From positions 33,169 to 97,168 of the forward strand of contig JAEUOS010000081.1 in the NCBI GenBank assembly GCA_016790695.1: a stretch of DNA of 64,000 nt. The letters are read 5' to 3'. Below, piece by piece: positions 21,344 through 31,272 of the stretch; the first letter of the stretch is position 1; each line of letters opens with the position of its first letter. A model generated the notes under the pieces. That model searched no databases. It was not told the DNA's origin and worked only from the letters and a program-made list of their open reading frames with translations. The DNA comes from Burkholderiales bacterium (lineage in GTDB: Bacteria; Pseudomonadota; Gammaproteobacteria; Burkholderiales; JAEUOS01). Made by a program: the position numbers and the translations under genes.

Positions 21344-22698
21344 GCGGCCTGGCGCAGCGCCGGGGCGAACGCCGCCTCCATCTCGCGGCGCACCCGGTAC
21401 GCGGCCAGGGATTCGTCGACCGCCACGTCGGCCCAGCACAGGCTCTGGCCCGCCTTGACCGGGCGCACCACCTTCAGGTCGTGCGCGAGGCCGAGCGGCA
21501 GCCCGCCGGCCGCCTGCGACCGTGCGGCCGGAAACAGCTTGCCCCAGACCGTGTAGCCGCCCTCGCCGTCGAGGATCTCGCCGGGCGCGAGATCGCGCTT
21601 GGCCGTGGCCACCACGTCGGCATTCCAGCCCGTCGCGGCGCCGGTGGCTTCGCCGCGCACTGCCACCGACGCGACCGAGATGCCGACCTCGAGCCCGATC
21701 AGGTGCCAGCGCTTGTAGAGGCAGGCGTAGCGCCCGGAGGGGTCGGTGCGCACCATGTACTCCTTGAAGCAGTTGCGGATGTACTCGCTCTCGCCCTCGA
21801 AGACGACGAAGACGCCGAAGCGGATGTCGTAGGGGATCACCCGACCGTCCTTCTCGAGGGACGAGATCACCTCCACCTGCCCCTTCTGGTGCAGCACGCC
21901 GCCCTCGGCGATCGGGCGGCAGACGAACGGGATGTCGTCGACCGAGGCCGGCGGATACGACAGTCCGTCGGGCGGCGCGGCGAGGCCGGTGGCGTTGCAC
22001 ACCGCCGTGGATTCGATCGACGGCTTGGAGCCGTCGAGGAAGGAATTGAACATCTTGGGATTGAGGCCGCCGATGCGCGCCGTCTCGGGCGAAAGCCCGT
22101 AGTGGCCCCAGACCGTCTCCGGCGTCGACTGCGCGAAATGCGGCAGCCACTTGTGACCGCGCCCCGCTGCCACCACCGGGAAGCCGGCGGCGCGGGCCCA
22201 GTCGACCAGGTCGCAGATCAGCGCCGGCTGGTCGCCGTAGGCGAGGCTGTAGACGACGCCGGCCGCCGCCGCCTTGCGCGCCAGCAGCGGTCCGCACAGC
22301 GCGTCGGCCTCGACGGTGACGTTGACCACGTGCTTGCCGTGCGCGAACGCCGCAAGGATGTGGTCGACCGCGGCGACCGGATTGCCGGTGCACTCGACCA
22401 CGATCTCGATGTCCGGATGCGCGACGAGCGCGCGCCAGTCCTCCCCGACATGGGTGTTGCCGGCGCGGATCGCGGCATCGATCGAACCCGCGGCACTCGC
22501 TTCCTCGCGCCAGCCGACCCGCGCGAGGTTGGCGCGGGCGCCGGCCGGGTTGAGATCGGCGATCGCCGCCAGGTGCACCCCGGGCGTGCGCGGCACCTGC
22601 GCGAGGTACATCGACCCGAACTTCCCGGCGCCGATGAGCCCGATGCGCACCGGCCGCCCGTCGGCCTGGCGCTTCAAGAGGAGCGCATGCAGGTTCAT
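21340..22698 (-). CDS. NAD(P)-binding oxidoreductase with C-terminal SAF domain (homoserine-dehydrogenase-like, COG4091-type)
   Basis: Rossmann motif VRIGLIGAGKFGSMY. The C-terminal DLAPGEILDGEGGYTVWGKL...LKVVRPVKAGQSLCWADV region looks SAF-like. 452 aa. Confidence 0.75.
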   Translation of the reverse strand: MNLHALLLKRQADGRPVRIGLIGAGKFGSMYLAQVPRTPGVHLAAIADLNPAGARANLARVGWREEASAAGSIDAAIRAGNTHVGEDWRALVAHPDIEIVVECTGNPVAAVDHILAAFAHGKHVVNVTVEADALCGPLLARKAAAAGVVYSLAYGDQPALICDLVDWARAAGFPVVAAGRGHKWLPHFAQSTPETVWGHYGLSPETARIGGLNPKMFNSFLDGSKPSIESTAVCNATGLAAPPDGLSYPPASVDDIPFVCRPIAEGGVLHQKGQVEVISSLEKDGRVIPYDIRFGVFVVFEGESEYIRNCFKEYMVRTDPSGRYACLYKRWHLIGLEVGISVASVAVRGEATGAATGWNADVVATAKRDLAPGEILDGEGGYTVWGKLFPAARSQAAGGLPLGLAHDLKVVRPVKAGQSLCWADVAVDESLAAYRVRREMEAAFAPALRQAA

Positions 22699-22699
22699 C

Positions 22700-23563
22700 T
22701 CACGCCGCCTCTTTCAGCAGCCCCGTGAGTTCCTCGGGCGGCGTGCCGTTCTTCCAGGGCGTCGCCACCGGATAGTCCTTGAGCAGGCAGTCGTCGGGCA
22801 GGCACGCGATCGGGTCGAACTGGCGATGCGCGATGTAGCCCGGGCGCTTGAAGCGGCGGATGTGGTTGGACACCGCGCACAGCGACAGGTAGACGTTGAC
22901 CCGGTTCCAGGGCGACAGGTTCGAGGTCGAGGCGTGGACCAGGCAGCCGTGGAAGATGATCATCGAGCCGGGCGGGCCCTGCGGGGAGACGATGCCGCCG
23001 TTGCGGCCGCCGGCCTTCTCCACCAGCTGGCTGATGGTGTCGTTGTTGATCGTCCACAGCGGATAGCTGGTGGTCGAGGTGTCGTGGCCGGCAGCCAGCA
23101 CGCCGGACTTGTGGCTGCCCGGGATGAACATCAGGGGGCCGTTGAACGCGTTGGTCTCGTCGAGGAAGATCGCGACGTTCATCGCGCGCGCCGCCGGCAT
23201 CGCGTCGTCGTTCATCCAGGTGCCGTAGTCCTGGTGCCATTGCCAGACGTCGCCGTCGAACGCCATCTTGCCGTTGATCTTGAACTGGTGCATGTAGAGC
23301 TTCTCGCCGAAGATCTGTTCGACCGGCTCGATCATGCGCGGGTGGCGCGCGAGGCGCGCGAACATGTCGTTGTACATGTGGGCGGCGAAATTGGTGCGCA
23401 CCACGTCGCCGGTCCTCTCGCGCACGTTCTCGGGGCGGCGCTGGGCATAGATGCCGGGCACCTCGTCGGACAGGCGCTTGATCTCCGCAGGGCTGAACAG
23501 CGAGGGGAAGAACAGGTAGCCGTCGCGGTCGAACCGCGCGAGCTCTTCGTCGGTGAGTTTCAT
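22700..23563 (-). CDS. Fe(II)/2-oxoglutarate dioxygenase, PhyH family (ectoine-hydroxylase-like)
   Basis: FDRDGYLFFPSLFS..., H-x-D ligand region WQWHQDYGTW, and NGPLMFIPGSHKSG...FHGCLVHAS resembling EctD/PhyH. Start placed at the ATG at 23563. Confidence 0.8.
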   Translation of the reverse strand: MKLTDEELARFDRDGYLFFPSLFSPAEIKRLSDEVPGIYAQRRPENVRERTGDVVRTNFAAHMYNDMFARLARHPRMIEPVEQIFGEKLYMHQFKINGKMAFDGDVWQWHQDYGTWMNDDAMPAARAMNVAIFLDETNAFNGPLMFIPGSHKSGVLAAGHDTSTTSYPLWTINNDTISQLVEKAGGRNGGIVSPQGPPGSMIIFHGCLVHASTSNLSPWNRVNVYLSLCAVSNHIRRFKRPGYIAHRQFDPIACLPDDCLLKDYPVATPWKNGTPPEELTGLLKEAA

Positions 23564-23700
23564 GAAGGTCCTCCGGTCGGCAATGGCGCGATGCCAATGG
23601 CGCGATGTTACCGGAAGGCGCACGCACCGTCGGCAGCCTCGCCGCCCGCGGCGCCCGTCCGCGCGCGACAATCGCCGCTTCGTCCCGTTCCGGCCGCGCC

Positions 23701-24186
23701 ATGCTCACCATCCGCCTCTGCCAGACGCTGTTCGTCTTCCTCATCGGCGCCTTCGCCGCCGGTGTCGTCCTCAACAACCTGCGCGACCCGCAGAGCAACC
23801 TGCGCTTCGTCACGCACCTGATGCGCATGGACACGGTGTTCCCGGACACGCGGCTGAAGCGCCGCGCGGTCACCGACCCGGCGCTGCACCTCCTGGCATT
23901 CCGGCTGATCGTCGCCGTCGAGGCCGCCACCGCGCTCCTGTGCCTGGCGGGCGCGGCGCGCCTGGCCCTGGCGCTGGGCGCGGACGCCGCCGCCTTCCAC
24001 GCTGCCAAGGATGTCGCGTTCGCCGGGCTCGGCCTGGGCTTCCTGCTCTGGTTCGGCGGCTTCATGATCGTCGGCGGACAGTGGTTCGCGAGCTGGCAGT
24101 CGCGCGAATGGAACGGCCGCGAGTCCGCGTTCATGTTCTATGCCGCGATCGGGTTCGCCTTCCTGGCCCTGCTGCACGCGGCCTGA
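23701..24186 (+). CDS. Small integral membrane protein (DUF2165-like)
   Basis: Four predicted TM segments; NNLRDPQSNLRFVTHLMRMDTVFPD resembles DUF2165. Confidence 0.65.
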   Translation: MLTIRLCQTLFVFLIGAFAAGVVLNNLRDPQSNLRFVTHLMRMDTVFPDTRLKRRAVTDPALHLLAFRLIVAVEAATALLCLAGAARLALALGADAAAFHAAKDVAFAGLGLGFLLWFGGFMIVGGQWFASWQSREWNGRESAFMFYAAIGFAFLALLHAA

Positions 24187-24313
24187 GCCTGTCGGCCGCC
24201 TTCCTACACGCGCATGCGCGGAATCCCGACGGCAAATCCCGCCTCCTCGCGCTGTTCACGCCACGGTGCGGGCGATAGGCTGTGCGCACCGATCGCGATT
24301 CCGGAGCCCTGCC

Positions 24314-24574
24314 ATGATCCTCGCCCAGTTCTCCCACTGGCTGCTCGAGCGCCTGATGCGCAAGCGCGCCGAGCGCCACGCCGGCTGCAGGATCGACCTG
24401 GCGCGCCTGCGCACCGATCCGGAGTACGCAAGCGCGATTCGCACCCTCGCGCAGTTCACGCTCGACGAGGAGCTGCGGGTCCTGGGGGCAAGCGGCGCCG
24501 GGCCCGTCGAGATGCCTGCCGCGCCGCCGGCAAGCGCGCTCGTGCTGCCGTTCCGGCGCCAGATTCCCGCCTAG
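24314..24574 (+). CDS. Hypothetical small protein (86 aa)
   Basis: High third-position GC and an ATG start; no recognisable family. Confidence 0.4.
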   Translation: MILAQFSHWLLERLMRKRAERHAGCRIDLARLRTDPEYASAIRTLAQFTLDEELRVLGASGAGPVEMPAAPPASALVLPFRRQIPA

Positions 24575-24729
24575 CACCGCGCGGCCGCGACCGCGCGCGG
24601 CCGCACAATCGCCTGCCGTGCCGCCGGTCCGCATCGCGCACCGGCCGGCGCCGCGTCGGCACGGCCGCGGGAAGGCGGGAGCAAGCCGGTACAATCCCGG
24701 TCCCGCCCGACGCGTCGCCCCGATCCCGC

Positions 24730-25332
24730 ATGGAACTCACCGGCAGCCAGACCCTTCCCGTCTCACAGGCCATCGCCTGGGATGCGCTCAACGATCCCGA
24801 GATCCTCAAGGCCGCCATCACCGGCTGCGACGAACTCCTGCGCGTCTCGGACACCGAGTTCAGCGCCGCGGTCACCTCGGCGATCGGCCCGGTCAAGGCG
24901 CGCTTCAAGGCCAAGCTGACGCTCTCGGAGGTCGATGCGCCGCATTCCTACAAGATCCGGTTCGACGGCCAGGGCGGCGCCGCCGGCTTCGGCAAGGGCG
25001 AGGCGAAGGTCCGCCTGACGCCCGAAGGCGCCGCCACGCGCCTCGACTACACCGCGCAGGCGAGCGTCGGCGGCAAGCTTGCCCAGATCGGTTCGCGCCT
25101 GGTCGACGCGGCAGCCAAGAAGCTCGCCGACGACTTCTTCACCAAGTTCAACGCCGAACTCGCGCGCCGCTTCGCGCCGGCCGCACCGGCCGCCGCCGCA
25201 CCCGCCGTGGCCGCGACCGCGCCGGCCGCCGGCGCGCATCCTGGCGACGCGGGTCCCGGCACCCTCATCGCCTACGTGGTGGCGCTGCTCGCCATCCTCG
25301 CCGGCGTCGCCGCCTTCCTCGCGCGCGGCTGA
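24730..25332 (+). CDS. CoxG-like SRPBCC protein with C-terminal membrane anchor
   Basis: MELTGSQTLPVSQAIAWDALNDPEILKAAITGC...GPVKARFKAK...GKLAQIGSRLVD is typical of CoxG. An Ala/Pro linker is followed by a TM tail. Confidence 0.8.
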   Translation: MELTGSQTLPVSQAIAWDALNDPEILKAAITGCDELLRVSDTEFSAAVTSAIGPVKARFKAKLTLSEVDAPHSYKIRFDGQGGAAGFGKGEAKVRLTPEGAATRLDYTAQASVGGKLAQIGSRLVDAAAKKLADDFFTKFNAELARRFAPAAPAAAAPAVAATAPAAGAHPGDAGPGTLIAYVVALLAILAGVAAFLARG

Positions 25333-25375
25333 CGCCGGACGCCGCGTCGGTCGCGCACGGCCCGGGCGCATCGCG

Positions 25376-26755
25376 ATGACGGTCCGCTCCGGCAGCGTCG
25401 GCGCGATGCGCCACCGGTTCGACGACCTCCGGACCCTGCTGGCGCGCGCCTCGCCCGCGCGCAGCGGGGACCGCCTCGCGGGCATCGCCGCCGCCAGCGC
25501 CGAGGAGCGCGTCGCGGCGCAGATGGCACTGGCGGACCTGCCGCTCAGGGTCTTTCTCGACGAGGCGGTGATCCCGTACGAGACGGACGAGATCACCCGC
25601 ATCATCGTCGACACCCACGACGCGGCGGCCTTCGCCCCGATCGCCCACCTCACGGTCGGCGGATTCCGCGAATGGCTGCTCGCCTACGAGACCGACGGCG
25701 CGGCACTCGCCGCGGTGGCGCCCGGCATCACGCCGGAGATGGCGGCCGCCGTCAGCAAGATCATGCGCCTGCAGGACATGGTGCTGGTGGCGCGCAAGGC
25801 GCGCGCGGTCGCGCGCTTTCGCTCGACACTCGGGCTGCCGGGGCGCCTGGCCAGCCGGCTGCAGCCGAACCACCCGACCGACGACGAGAAGGGCATCGCC
25901 GCCGCGATCGTCGACGGCCTCATGTACGGCTGCGGCGACGCGGTGATCGGGATCAACCCCGCCACCGACAACCTGGCGCAGGTCACGCGCCTGCTCGAGA
26001 TGCTCGACGGCATCATCCGCGCCTATGAGATCCCCACCCAGTCCTGCGTCCTGACGCACGTGACCACCGCGCTCGAGGCGATGCGCGGCGGCGCGCCGGT
26101 GGACCTGGTGTTCCAGTCGATCGGCGGCACCGAAGCCGTCAATCGCAGCTTCGGCGTGACGGCGGCGCTCCTGGCCGAGGCGCACGCCGCCGCCGCGTCG
26201 CTCGGGCGCGGCAGCGTCGGCGACAACGTCATGTATTTCGAGACCGGCCAGGGCAGCGCGCGGTCCGCCGACGGCCACCACGGCGTCGACCAGCAGACCC
26301 TCGAGGCGCGTGCCTACGGCCTGGCGCGCACGTTTCGGCCCTTCCTGGTCAACAGCGTGGTCGGCTTCATCGGCCCGGAATACCTGAACGGGCGCGAGAT
26401 CATCCGCGCCGGCATCGAGGACCACTTCTGCGGCAAGCTCCTGGGCCTGCCGATGGGTGTCGACGTCTGCTACACCAACCATGCCGACGCCGATTCCGAC
26501 GACGTCGACGTGCTGCTCACCCTGCTCGGCAACGCCGGCGTGAATTTCGTCATGGGCGTGCCGGGCGCGGACGACATCATGCTCAACTACCAGAGCACCT
26601 CGTTTCACGACGTGCTCTACCTGCGCCAGACGCAGGGCCTGCGGCCGGCGCCGGAGTTCGAGGCCTGGCTCGACCGCATGCGGCTGTTCGACGGCCCGCT
26701 CCGCCTGGCGCGCGCCGACGCCGGCCACGCCCTGCTCGGCCTGGCCCGCCGATGA
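25376..26755 (+). CDS. eutB: Ethanolamine ammonia-lyase large subunit
   Basis: DEITRIIVD, GINPATDN, YFETGQGSA, VGFIGPEY and NYQSTSFHD conserved blocks. The start could instead be the ATG at 25406. Confidence 0.92.
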   Translation: MTVRSGSVGAMRHRFDDLRTLLARASPARSGDRLAGIAAASAEERVAAQMALADLPLRVFLDEAVIPYETDEITRIIVDTHDAAAFAPIAHLTVGGFREWLLAYETDGAALAAVAPGITPEMAAAVSKIMRLQDMVLVARKARAVARFRSTLGLPGRLASRLQPNHPTDDEKGIAAAIVDGLMYGCGDAVIGINPATDNLAQVTRLLEMLDGIIRAYEIPTQSCVLTHVTTALEAMRGGAPVDLVFQSIGGTEAVNRSFGVTAALLAEAHAAAASLGRGSVGDNVMYFETGQGSARSADGHHGVDQQTLEARAYGLARTFRPFLVNSVVGFIGPEYLNGREIIRAGIEDHFCGKLLGLPMGVDVCYTNHADADSDDVDVLLTLLGNAGVNFVMGVPGADDIMLNYQSTSFHDVLYLRQTQGLRPAPEFEAWLDRMRLFDGPLRLARADAGHALLGLARR

Positions 26756-27585
26756 GTGCGTCGCCGGCCGCCCCGCCGTCCGCCGATCCGGGTCCGTCTG
26801 CGCTCGCGCCGCCGGACCCGTGGCACACGCTGGGCCGCTTCACCCCGGCGCGCATCGGCCTCGGGCGCGCCGGCGGCAGCCTGCCGACCCGGCCCGCGCT
26901 CGCGTTCCAGCTCGCCCATGCGCGCGCGCGCGACGCGGTGCAGCGCGCGCTCGACACCGATGCCCTGCGGCGCGACCTGGCTCGGCTCGGCCCCGCCGTG
27001 CTGGAAGCGCGCAGCGCGGCGCCGGATCGCGCGGGCTTCATCGCCCGGCCCGACCTCGGCCGCGCGCTCGCGCCCGCGTCCGCGGCGGCGCTCGCCGCCG
27101 TGCCGCCACCGCCCGCGCCGTTCGACGCCGCACTCGTGGTCGCCGACGGCCTGTCGGCCCGCGCGGCCGAACGCCATGCCGCGCCGCTCCTGGCCGCGCT
27201 GCTGCCGCGCCTGGATCGCGCCGGCTGGCGGCTCGCGCCGCTGGTCATCGTGACGCAGGGCCGGGTCGCGGTTGCCGACGAGATCGGCGCGGCCCTCGGC
27301 GCACGCATGGCGGTCATCCTGCTCGGCGAACGGCCCGGGCTGTCCTCGCCCGACAGCCTCGGCGCCTACCTGACCTGGGCGCCGCGACGCGGCCGCACCA
27401 ATGCCGAACGCAACTGCATCTCCAACATCCGCGAACCGGATGGCCTGGGCTACGCGGCGGCGGCGCACAAGCTGTTTCATCTGATGCACGAGGCGCGTCG
27501 CCGCGGCCTGTCCGGCGTCGACTTGAAGGAGGACGCCCCCGCCCTCGACCCGCCGCCGGCAGCGCGCCTCGACGGCGCGCAATGA
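26752..27585 (+). CDS. eutC: Ethanolamine ammonia-lyase small subunit
   Basis: ATGA overlap with eutB; TPARIGLGRAGGSLPT...LAHARARDAV...LLGERPGLSSPDSLGAYLTW. Confidence 0.9.
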   Translation: MSASPAAPPSADPGPSALAPPDPWHTLGRFTPARIGLGRAGGSLPTRPALAFQLAHARARDAVQRALDTDALRRDLARLGPAVLEARSAAPDRAGFIARPDLGRALAPASAAALAAVPPPPAPFDAALVVADGLSARAAERHAAPLLAALLPRLDRAGWRLAPLVIVTQGRVAVADEIGAALGARMAVILLGERPGLSSPDSLGAYLTWAPRRGRTNAERNCISNIREPDGLGYAAAAHKLFHLMHEARRRGLSGVDLKEDAPALDPPPAARLDGAQ

Positions 27586-27668
27586 CGCCGCAGCACCTAC
27601 AATGGAATCGACGGCAGGGCCGGCGCGCGCGTCGCCGGCACGGCCGCGCGTTCCTGGAGAAACCGCCC

Positions 27669-28643
27669 ATGACGAGATGCCTCGCCGCCCTGTCCGCATC
27701 CCTGGTCCTGTCGCATGCACCGATCGTCGCGGCGCAGACCTTTCCGTCCCGGCCGATGGTGATGGTGGTGCCGTTCGCCGCCGGCGGGCCGACCGACACC
27801 CTCGGCCGGATCATGGCCGAGCGCCTCGGTCGCGCGCTCGGCGGCACCATGGTGGTGGAGAACACCGTCGGCGCCGCCGGCTCGATCGGCGTCGGGCGCG
27901 TGGCGCGCGCCGTGCCGGACGGCCACACCATCGGCATCGGGCACTGGAGCACGCACGTGGTCAATGGCGCGATCTACAACCTGCAGTACGACCTGCTCAA
28001 GGACTTCGACCCGGTCGCGCAGATCGCGAGCAATCCGCAACTGCTGGTCTCGAAGAACGCGGTGCCGGCCCGGGACCTGCGCGAACTCGTGGCCTGGGTC
28101 AAGGCCAACCAGGACAAGGTGACCGTGGGCACCGCCGGCGTCGGCGCCGCGTCGCACGTCTCCGGGGTGTATTTCCAGACCGCCACCGCCAGCCGATTGC
28201 AGTTCGTACCCTACAAGGGGACCGGCCCGGCACTCGTCGACCTGATGGCGGGCCACATCGACCTGATGTTCGACCAGGCCTCCAATGCCCTGCCGCATGT
28301 GCGCGCCGGCAAGCTGCGGCCCTACGCGGTGACCGCGAAGAGCCGCATTCCCGCCGCGCCCGACGTCCCCACGGTCGACGAAGCCGGCCTCCCCGGCCTC
28401 TACATCGCGGTCTGGCACGCCCTGTGGCTGCCGCGCGGGGCCCCGCGCGAGGTCGTGATGAAGCTCAACGGTGCCGTGGTCGAGGCGCTCGCCGATCCGG
28501 CCGTGCGCAAGCGCCTCGCCGACATGGGCCAGGAGATTCCGGCGCGCGAGCAGCAGACGCCCGAAGCCCTCGGCGCCTGGCACAGGGCGGAGATCGAGAA
28601 GTGGTGGCCGATCATCCGCGCCGCGGGGATCAAGGGCGAATGA
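27669..28643 (+). CDS. Bug-family (TctC-like) substrate-binding protein
   Basis: Signal peptide plus VVPFAAGGPTDTLGR...ENTVGAAG...VPYKGTGPALVDLMAGHIDLMF. Confidence 0.9.
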   Translation: MTRCLAALSASLVLSHAPIVAAQTFPSRPMVMVVPFAAGGPTDTLGRIMAERLGRALGGTMVVENTVGAAGSIGVGRVARAVPDGHTIGIGHWSTHVVNGAIYNLQYDLLKDFDPVAQIASNPQLLVSKNAVPARDLRELVAWVKANQDKVTVGTAGVGAASHVSGVYFQTATASRLQFVPYKGTGPALVDLMAGHIDLMFDQASNALPHVRAGKLRPYAVTAKSRIPAAPDVPTVDEAGLPGLYIAVWHALWLPRGAPREVVMKLNGAVVEALADPAVRKRLADMGQEIPAREQQTPEALGAWHRAEIEKWWPIIRAAGIKGE

Positions 28644-29382
28644 CCGCCTTGATCCGGTAGAACGCGCGCCCCAGGAGTTCGCGCACGGCCGCCTCGCTGA
28701 GCGCGAGCGCGCCGGCGGCCGGCAGGAAATCCATCGGCGTGAGCGACGCCGTGCCGACCTTGAAGTCGACGGGAAACGCGTCGACGACGAATCCCGCGCC
28801 GGCGAACTGGCGGGCGGCGCGCGGCATGTGAAACGCCGAGGTGACCAGGACGATGCGCGGCGCCTGCGGCCCGAGCAGTGCGCGCACGGCGGCGGCTTCC
28901 TCGGCGGTGTTCTGCGCCTCGGCGGTCACGCGAATCGCCTCCGGCGGCACGCCCATCGCCTCGGCCTGCGCCTTGAGCACCGCCCCTTCGGTCGGCAGGT
29001 GGGCAAGCCAGGGCACGGTGCCACCGGTGAACACCAGGCGCGGCGCCACGCCGGCGCGGAACAGTTCGACGCCCCCGAAGAAGCGGTCGGGGTCGGTCCA
29101 CTCCATGACCGCCCCGCCGGGCCCCGCCACGCCGTGCAGCATGCCGCTCAGGACGACGACGGCGTCGGCGCGTGCCACCGTGCGCGCGTCGCGGCGCGCC
29201 ATGCCCGCCTCGACCAGGCCGAACAGCGCGCCGCCGGCGAGCGGCGTGGCCGCCGCGTACAGCGCAACGATCGCGATCCAGACCCACTTCAGCCGCCGTC
29301 GCGCCGCGCCGTAGGCGGCCAGGCCAAGCGCCAGCGCCAGCGGCAGCACGAACAGCGGCAGGATCTTGTGCAGGTAGATCAT
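28630..29382 (-). CDS. DUF218 (YdcF/ElyC/SanA-like) membrane-associated protein
   Basis: N-terminal TM segments, with VVVLSG...LVFTGG...LVTSAFHMPRA motifs. Confidence 0.8.
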   Translation of the reverse strand: MIYLHKILPLFVLPLALALGLAAYGAARRRLKWVWIAIVALYAAATPLAGGALFGLVEAGMARRDARTVARADAVVVLSGMLHGVAGPGGAVMEWTDPDRFFGGVELFRAGVAPRLVFTGGTVPWLAHLPTEGAVLKAQAEAMGVPPEAIRVTAEAQNTAEEAAAVRALLGPQAPRIVLVTSAFHMPRAARQFAGAGFVVDAFPVDFKVGTASLTPMDFLPAAGALALSEAAVRELLGRAFYRIKAVIRP

Positions 29383-29413
29383 GGACCGCGCCGGCCGCGC
29401 GGGCGCGGCGCGG

Positions 29414-30727
29414 CTACTTGCCGCGCATGGTCGTCGGCAGCCACAACGCGATCTCCGGCCAGATCCAGAGCAGGGCGATCACCGCGAGCATCAGGAACAC
29501 ATAGGGAAACGACCCCGCCACCACCTCGGAGAACTTGGCGCCGCCCGAGATGCCGTGGATGGTGAACAGGTTCAGCCCGACCGGCGGCGTGATCTGCCCC
29601 AGTTCGATCAGGATGGTGATGATCACGCCCAGCCAGATCAGGTCGAAGCCGATCACCTTGATGATCGGGAGCAGCACCGGCAGCGTCATGTAGATCATCG
29701 AGATGCCGTCGACGAAGCAGCCCAGGATGACGTAGAGCACCACCAGCATCAGGAAGAATTCCCACTTCGACAGCCCCAGCGTCAGCACCCATTCGCTCAG
29801 TTCCCGGCTGACGCCGGAGAAGGTCAGCGCCGTCGAGAGGATCTGCGCGCCGATGATGATCATCGCCACCATCGACGTGGTCTTGACCGTCGACATCAGC
29901 GATTCGGTGAACACCTTCCAGGTCAGCGTCCGGTAGCCGGCCGCCAGCGCCAGCGCGCCGGCGGCGCCGATCGCGGAGGCCTCGGTGGGCGTCGCGAAGC
30001 CGGTGTAGATGCTGCCCAGCACACCGGTGAGCAGGAGCACGATCGGCAGCACGTCCCACAGCGGCCGCGTCGAGTGGACCGCCTGCGCCGCCTCCGCGCT
30101 CGCCTGCTTCGGCGCGATCGACGGGTTGCGGATCAGGATGAAGGCGATGTAGAGCATGAACACCGCGCTCATCAGGATGCCGGGCAGGATGCCCGCGATG
30201 AACAGGCGGCCGACCGACTCCTCGACCAGCGCGGCGTAGAGCACCATCACGATCGACGGCGGGATCAGGATGCCCAGCGTGCCGCCGGCCGCCAGCGAGC
30301 CGAACACCGCGCGCGGCTGGTAGCCCTGGCGCAGCAGTTCCGGGATCGCGACCGTGCCGACGCTGGCCGCCGTGGCCACGCTCGATCCGCTGACCGCCGA
30401 GAAGATCGCGCAGCTGACGATGTTGGCGTGCAGCAGGCCGCCGGGCAGTCGCCGCAGCAGCGTCGCGATGCCCGCGTAGAAATACTTGCTGACGCCGCTG
30501 CGCAGGATCACCTCGCCCATCAGCAGGAACATCGGCACGGCGATGAGAATGTAGCTGTTGGCATTGTTCCAGACCACCGAACTCAGTCCCTGCAGGCCGA
30601 CGTACCCCTTGCTCAGGTAGATGATCAGCACGCCGACGATGCCGAGCGCGAACGCGGTCCACTGACCGACGAGCAGGAACAGCGCCAGCGCACCGAACAG
30701 CACGACCATCAGGAGCCCGCTATCCAT
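29414..30727 (-). CDS. dctM: TRAP transporter large permease subunit
   Basis: 437-aa polytopic protein with a typical DctM composition and length, directly downstream of the small subunit. Confidence 0.9.
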   Translation of the reverse strand: MDSGLLMVVLFGALALFLLVGQWTAFALGIVGVLIIYLSKGYVGLQGLSSVVWNNANSYILIAVPMFLLMGEVILRSGVSKYFYAGIATLLRRLPGGLLHANIVSCAIFSAVSGSSVATAASVGTVAIPELLRQGYQPRAVFGSLAAGGTLGILIPPSIVMVLYAALVEESVGRLFIAGILPGILMSAVFMLYIAFILIRNPSIAPKQASAEAAQAVHSTRPLWDVLPIVLLLTGVLGSIYTGFATPTEASAIGAAGALALAAGYRTLTWKVFTESLMSTVKTTSMVAMIIIGAQILSTALTFSGVSRELSEWVLTLGLSKWEFFLMLVVLYVILGCFVDGISMIYMTLPVLLPIIKVIGFDLIWLGVIITILIELGQITPPVGLNLFTIHGISGGAKFSEVVAGSFPYVFLMLAVIALLWIWPEIALWLPTTMRGK

Positions 30728-30736
30728 GCCTGGTGC

Positions 30737-31219
30737 CTACGGAAGCTTGCGCACCCGATCGAGCAGGAAGCTCGCGAGCTGGAGGACGAGCAGACCGCAG
30801 CCGGCGACCGCGAAGGTCATCGGAATGTACTCGGGCGTCGCCAGCACCGAGATCGCGCGGACGTCCTTCTCGAACGCGTAGTGGACGTGCGAGGCGAGGA
30901 AGAAACCCAGCACCAGCGCGAACGCCAGGCTGGTGATCACGATGAACCAGCGCGCTGCCGCGAGCGGCAGGCCGCGCAGACGGTCGTAAAGGAGCTCGAT
31001 GCGGATGAAGCCGCCTTCGCGCACGGTGTAGGCGAGCCCGAAGAACACGATCGCGACGTTCAGGTAGCCTGCCAGCTCGTCGGCAACCATGGTCGAGTGG
31101 TTGAACTTGCGCGCCACCACCTCGACGCAGACCAGCACGAGGATGAGCACGGTCGAGGCGGCGGCGAGAATGCCGCCGGCATCGACCAGCCTCCTGGTCA
31201 CCCGCGCGAACAGCGTCAC
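30737..31219 (-). CDS. dctQ: TRAP transporter small permease subunit
   Basis: 160 aa with four TM segments, located between the DctP and DctM homologues. Confidence 0.85.
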   Translation of the reverse strand: MTLFARVTRRLVDAGGILAAASTVLILVLVCVEVVARKFNHSTMVADELAGYLNVAIVFFGLAYTVREGGFIRIELLYDRLRGLPLAAARWFIVITSLAFALVLGFFLASHVHYAFEKDVRAISVLATPEYIPMTFAVAGCGLLVLQLASFLLDRVRKLP

Positions 31220-31272
31220 GGTGCGGACTCCCGCGTGTGCCGCCGCACGGCGCCGCGGACGCGACGCCGCAT

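Noticed and set aside
24140-24313. Longer versions of ORFs 24140-24574 and 24214-25332
   Set aside because: The upstream extensions are Arg/Pro-rich with no coding signal. Internal ATGs at 24314 and 24730 give products that start where the recognisable sequence (the CoxG domain) begins.
25376-27585. Ethanolamine-utilisation microcompartment locus
   Set aside because: Only eutB and eutC are present. There are no shell proteins, eutA, eutE, eutT or similar, so this is the minimal eutBC arrangement common in non-enteric proteobacteria.
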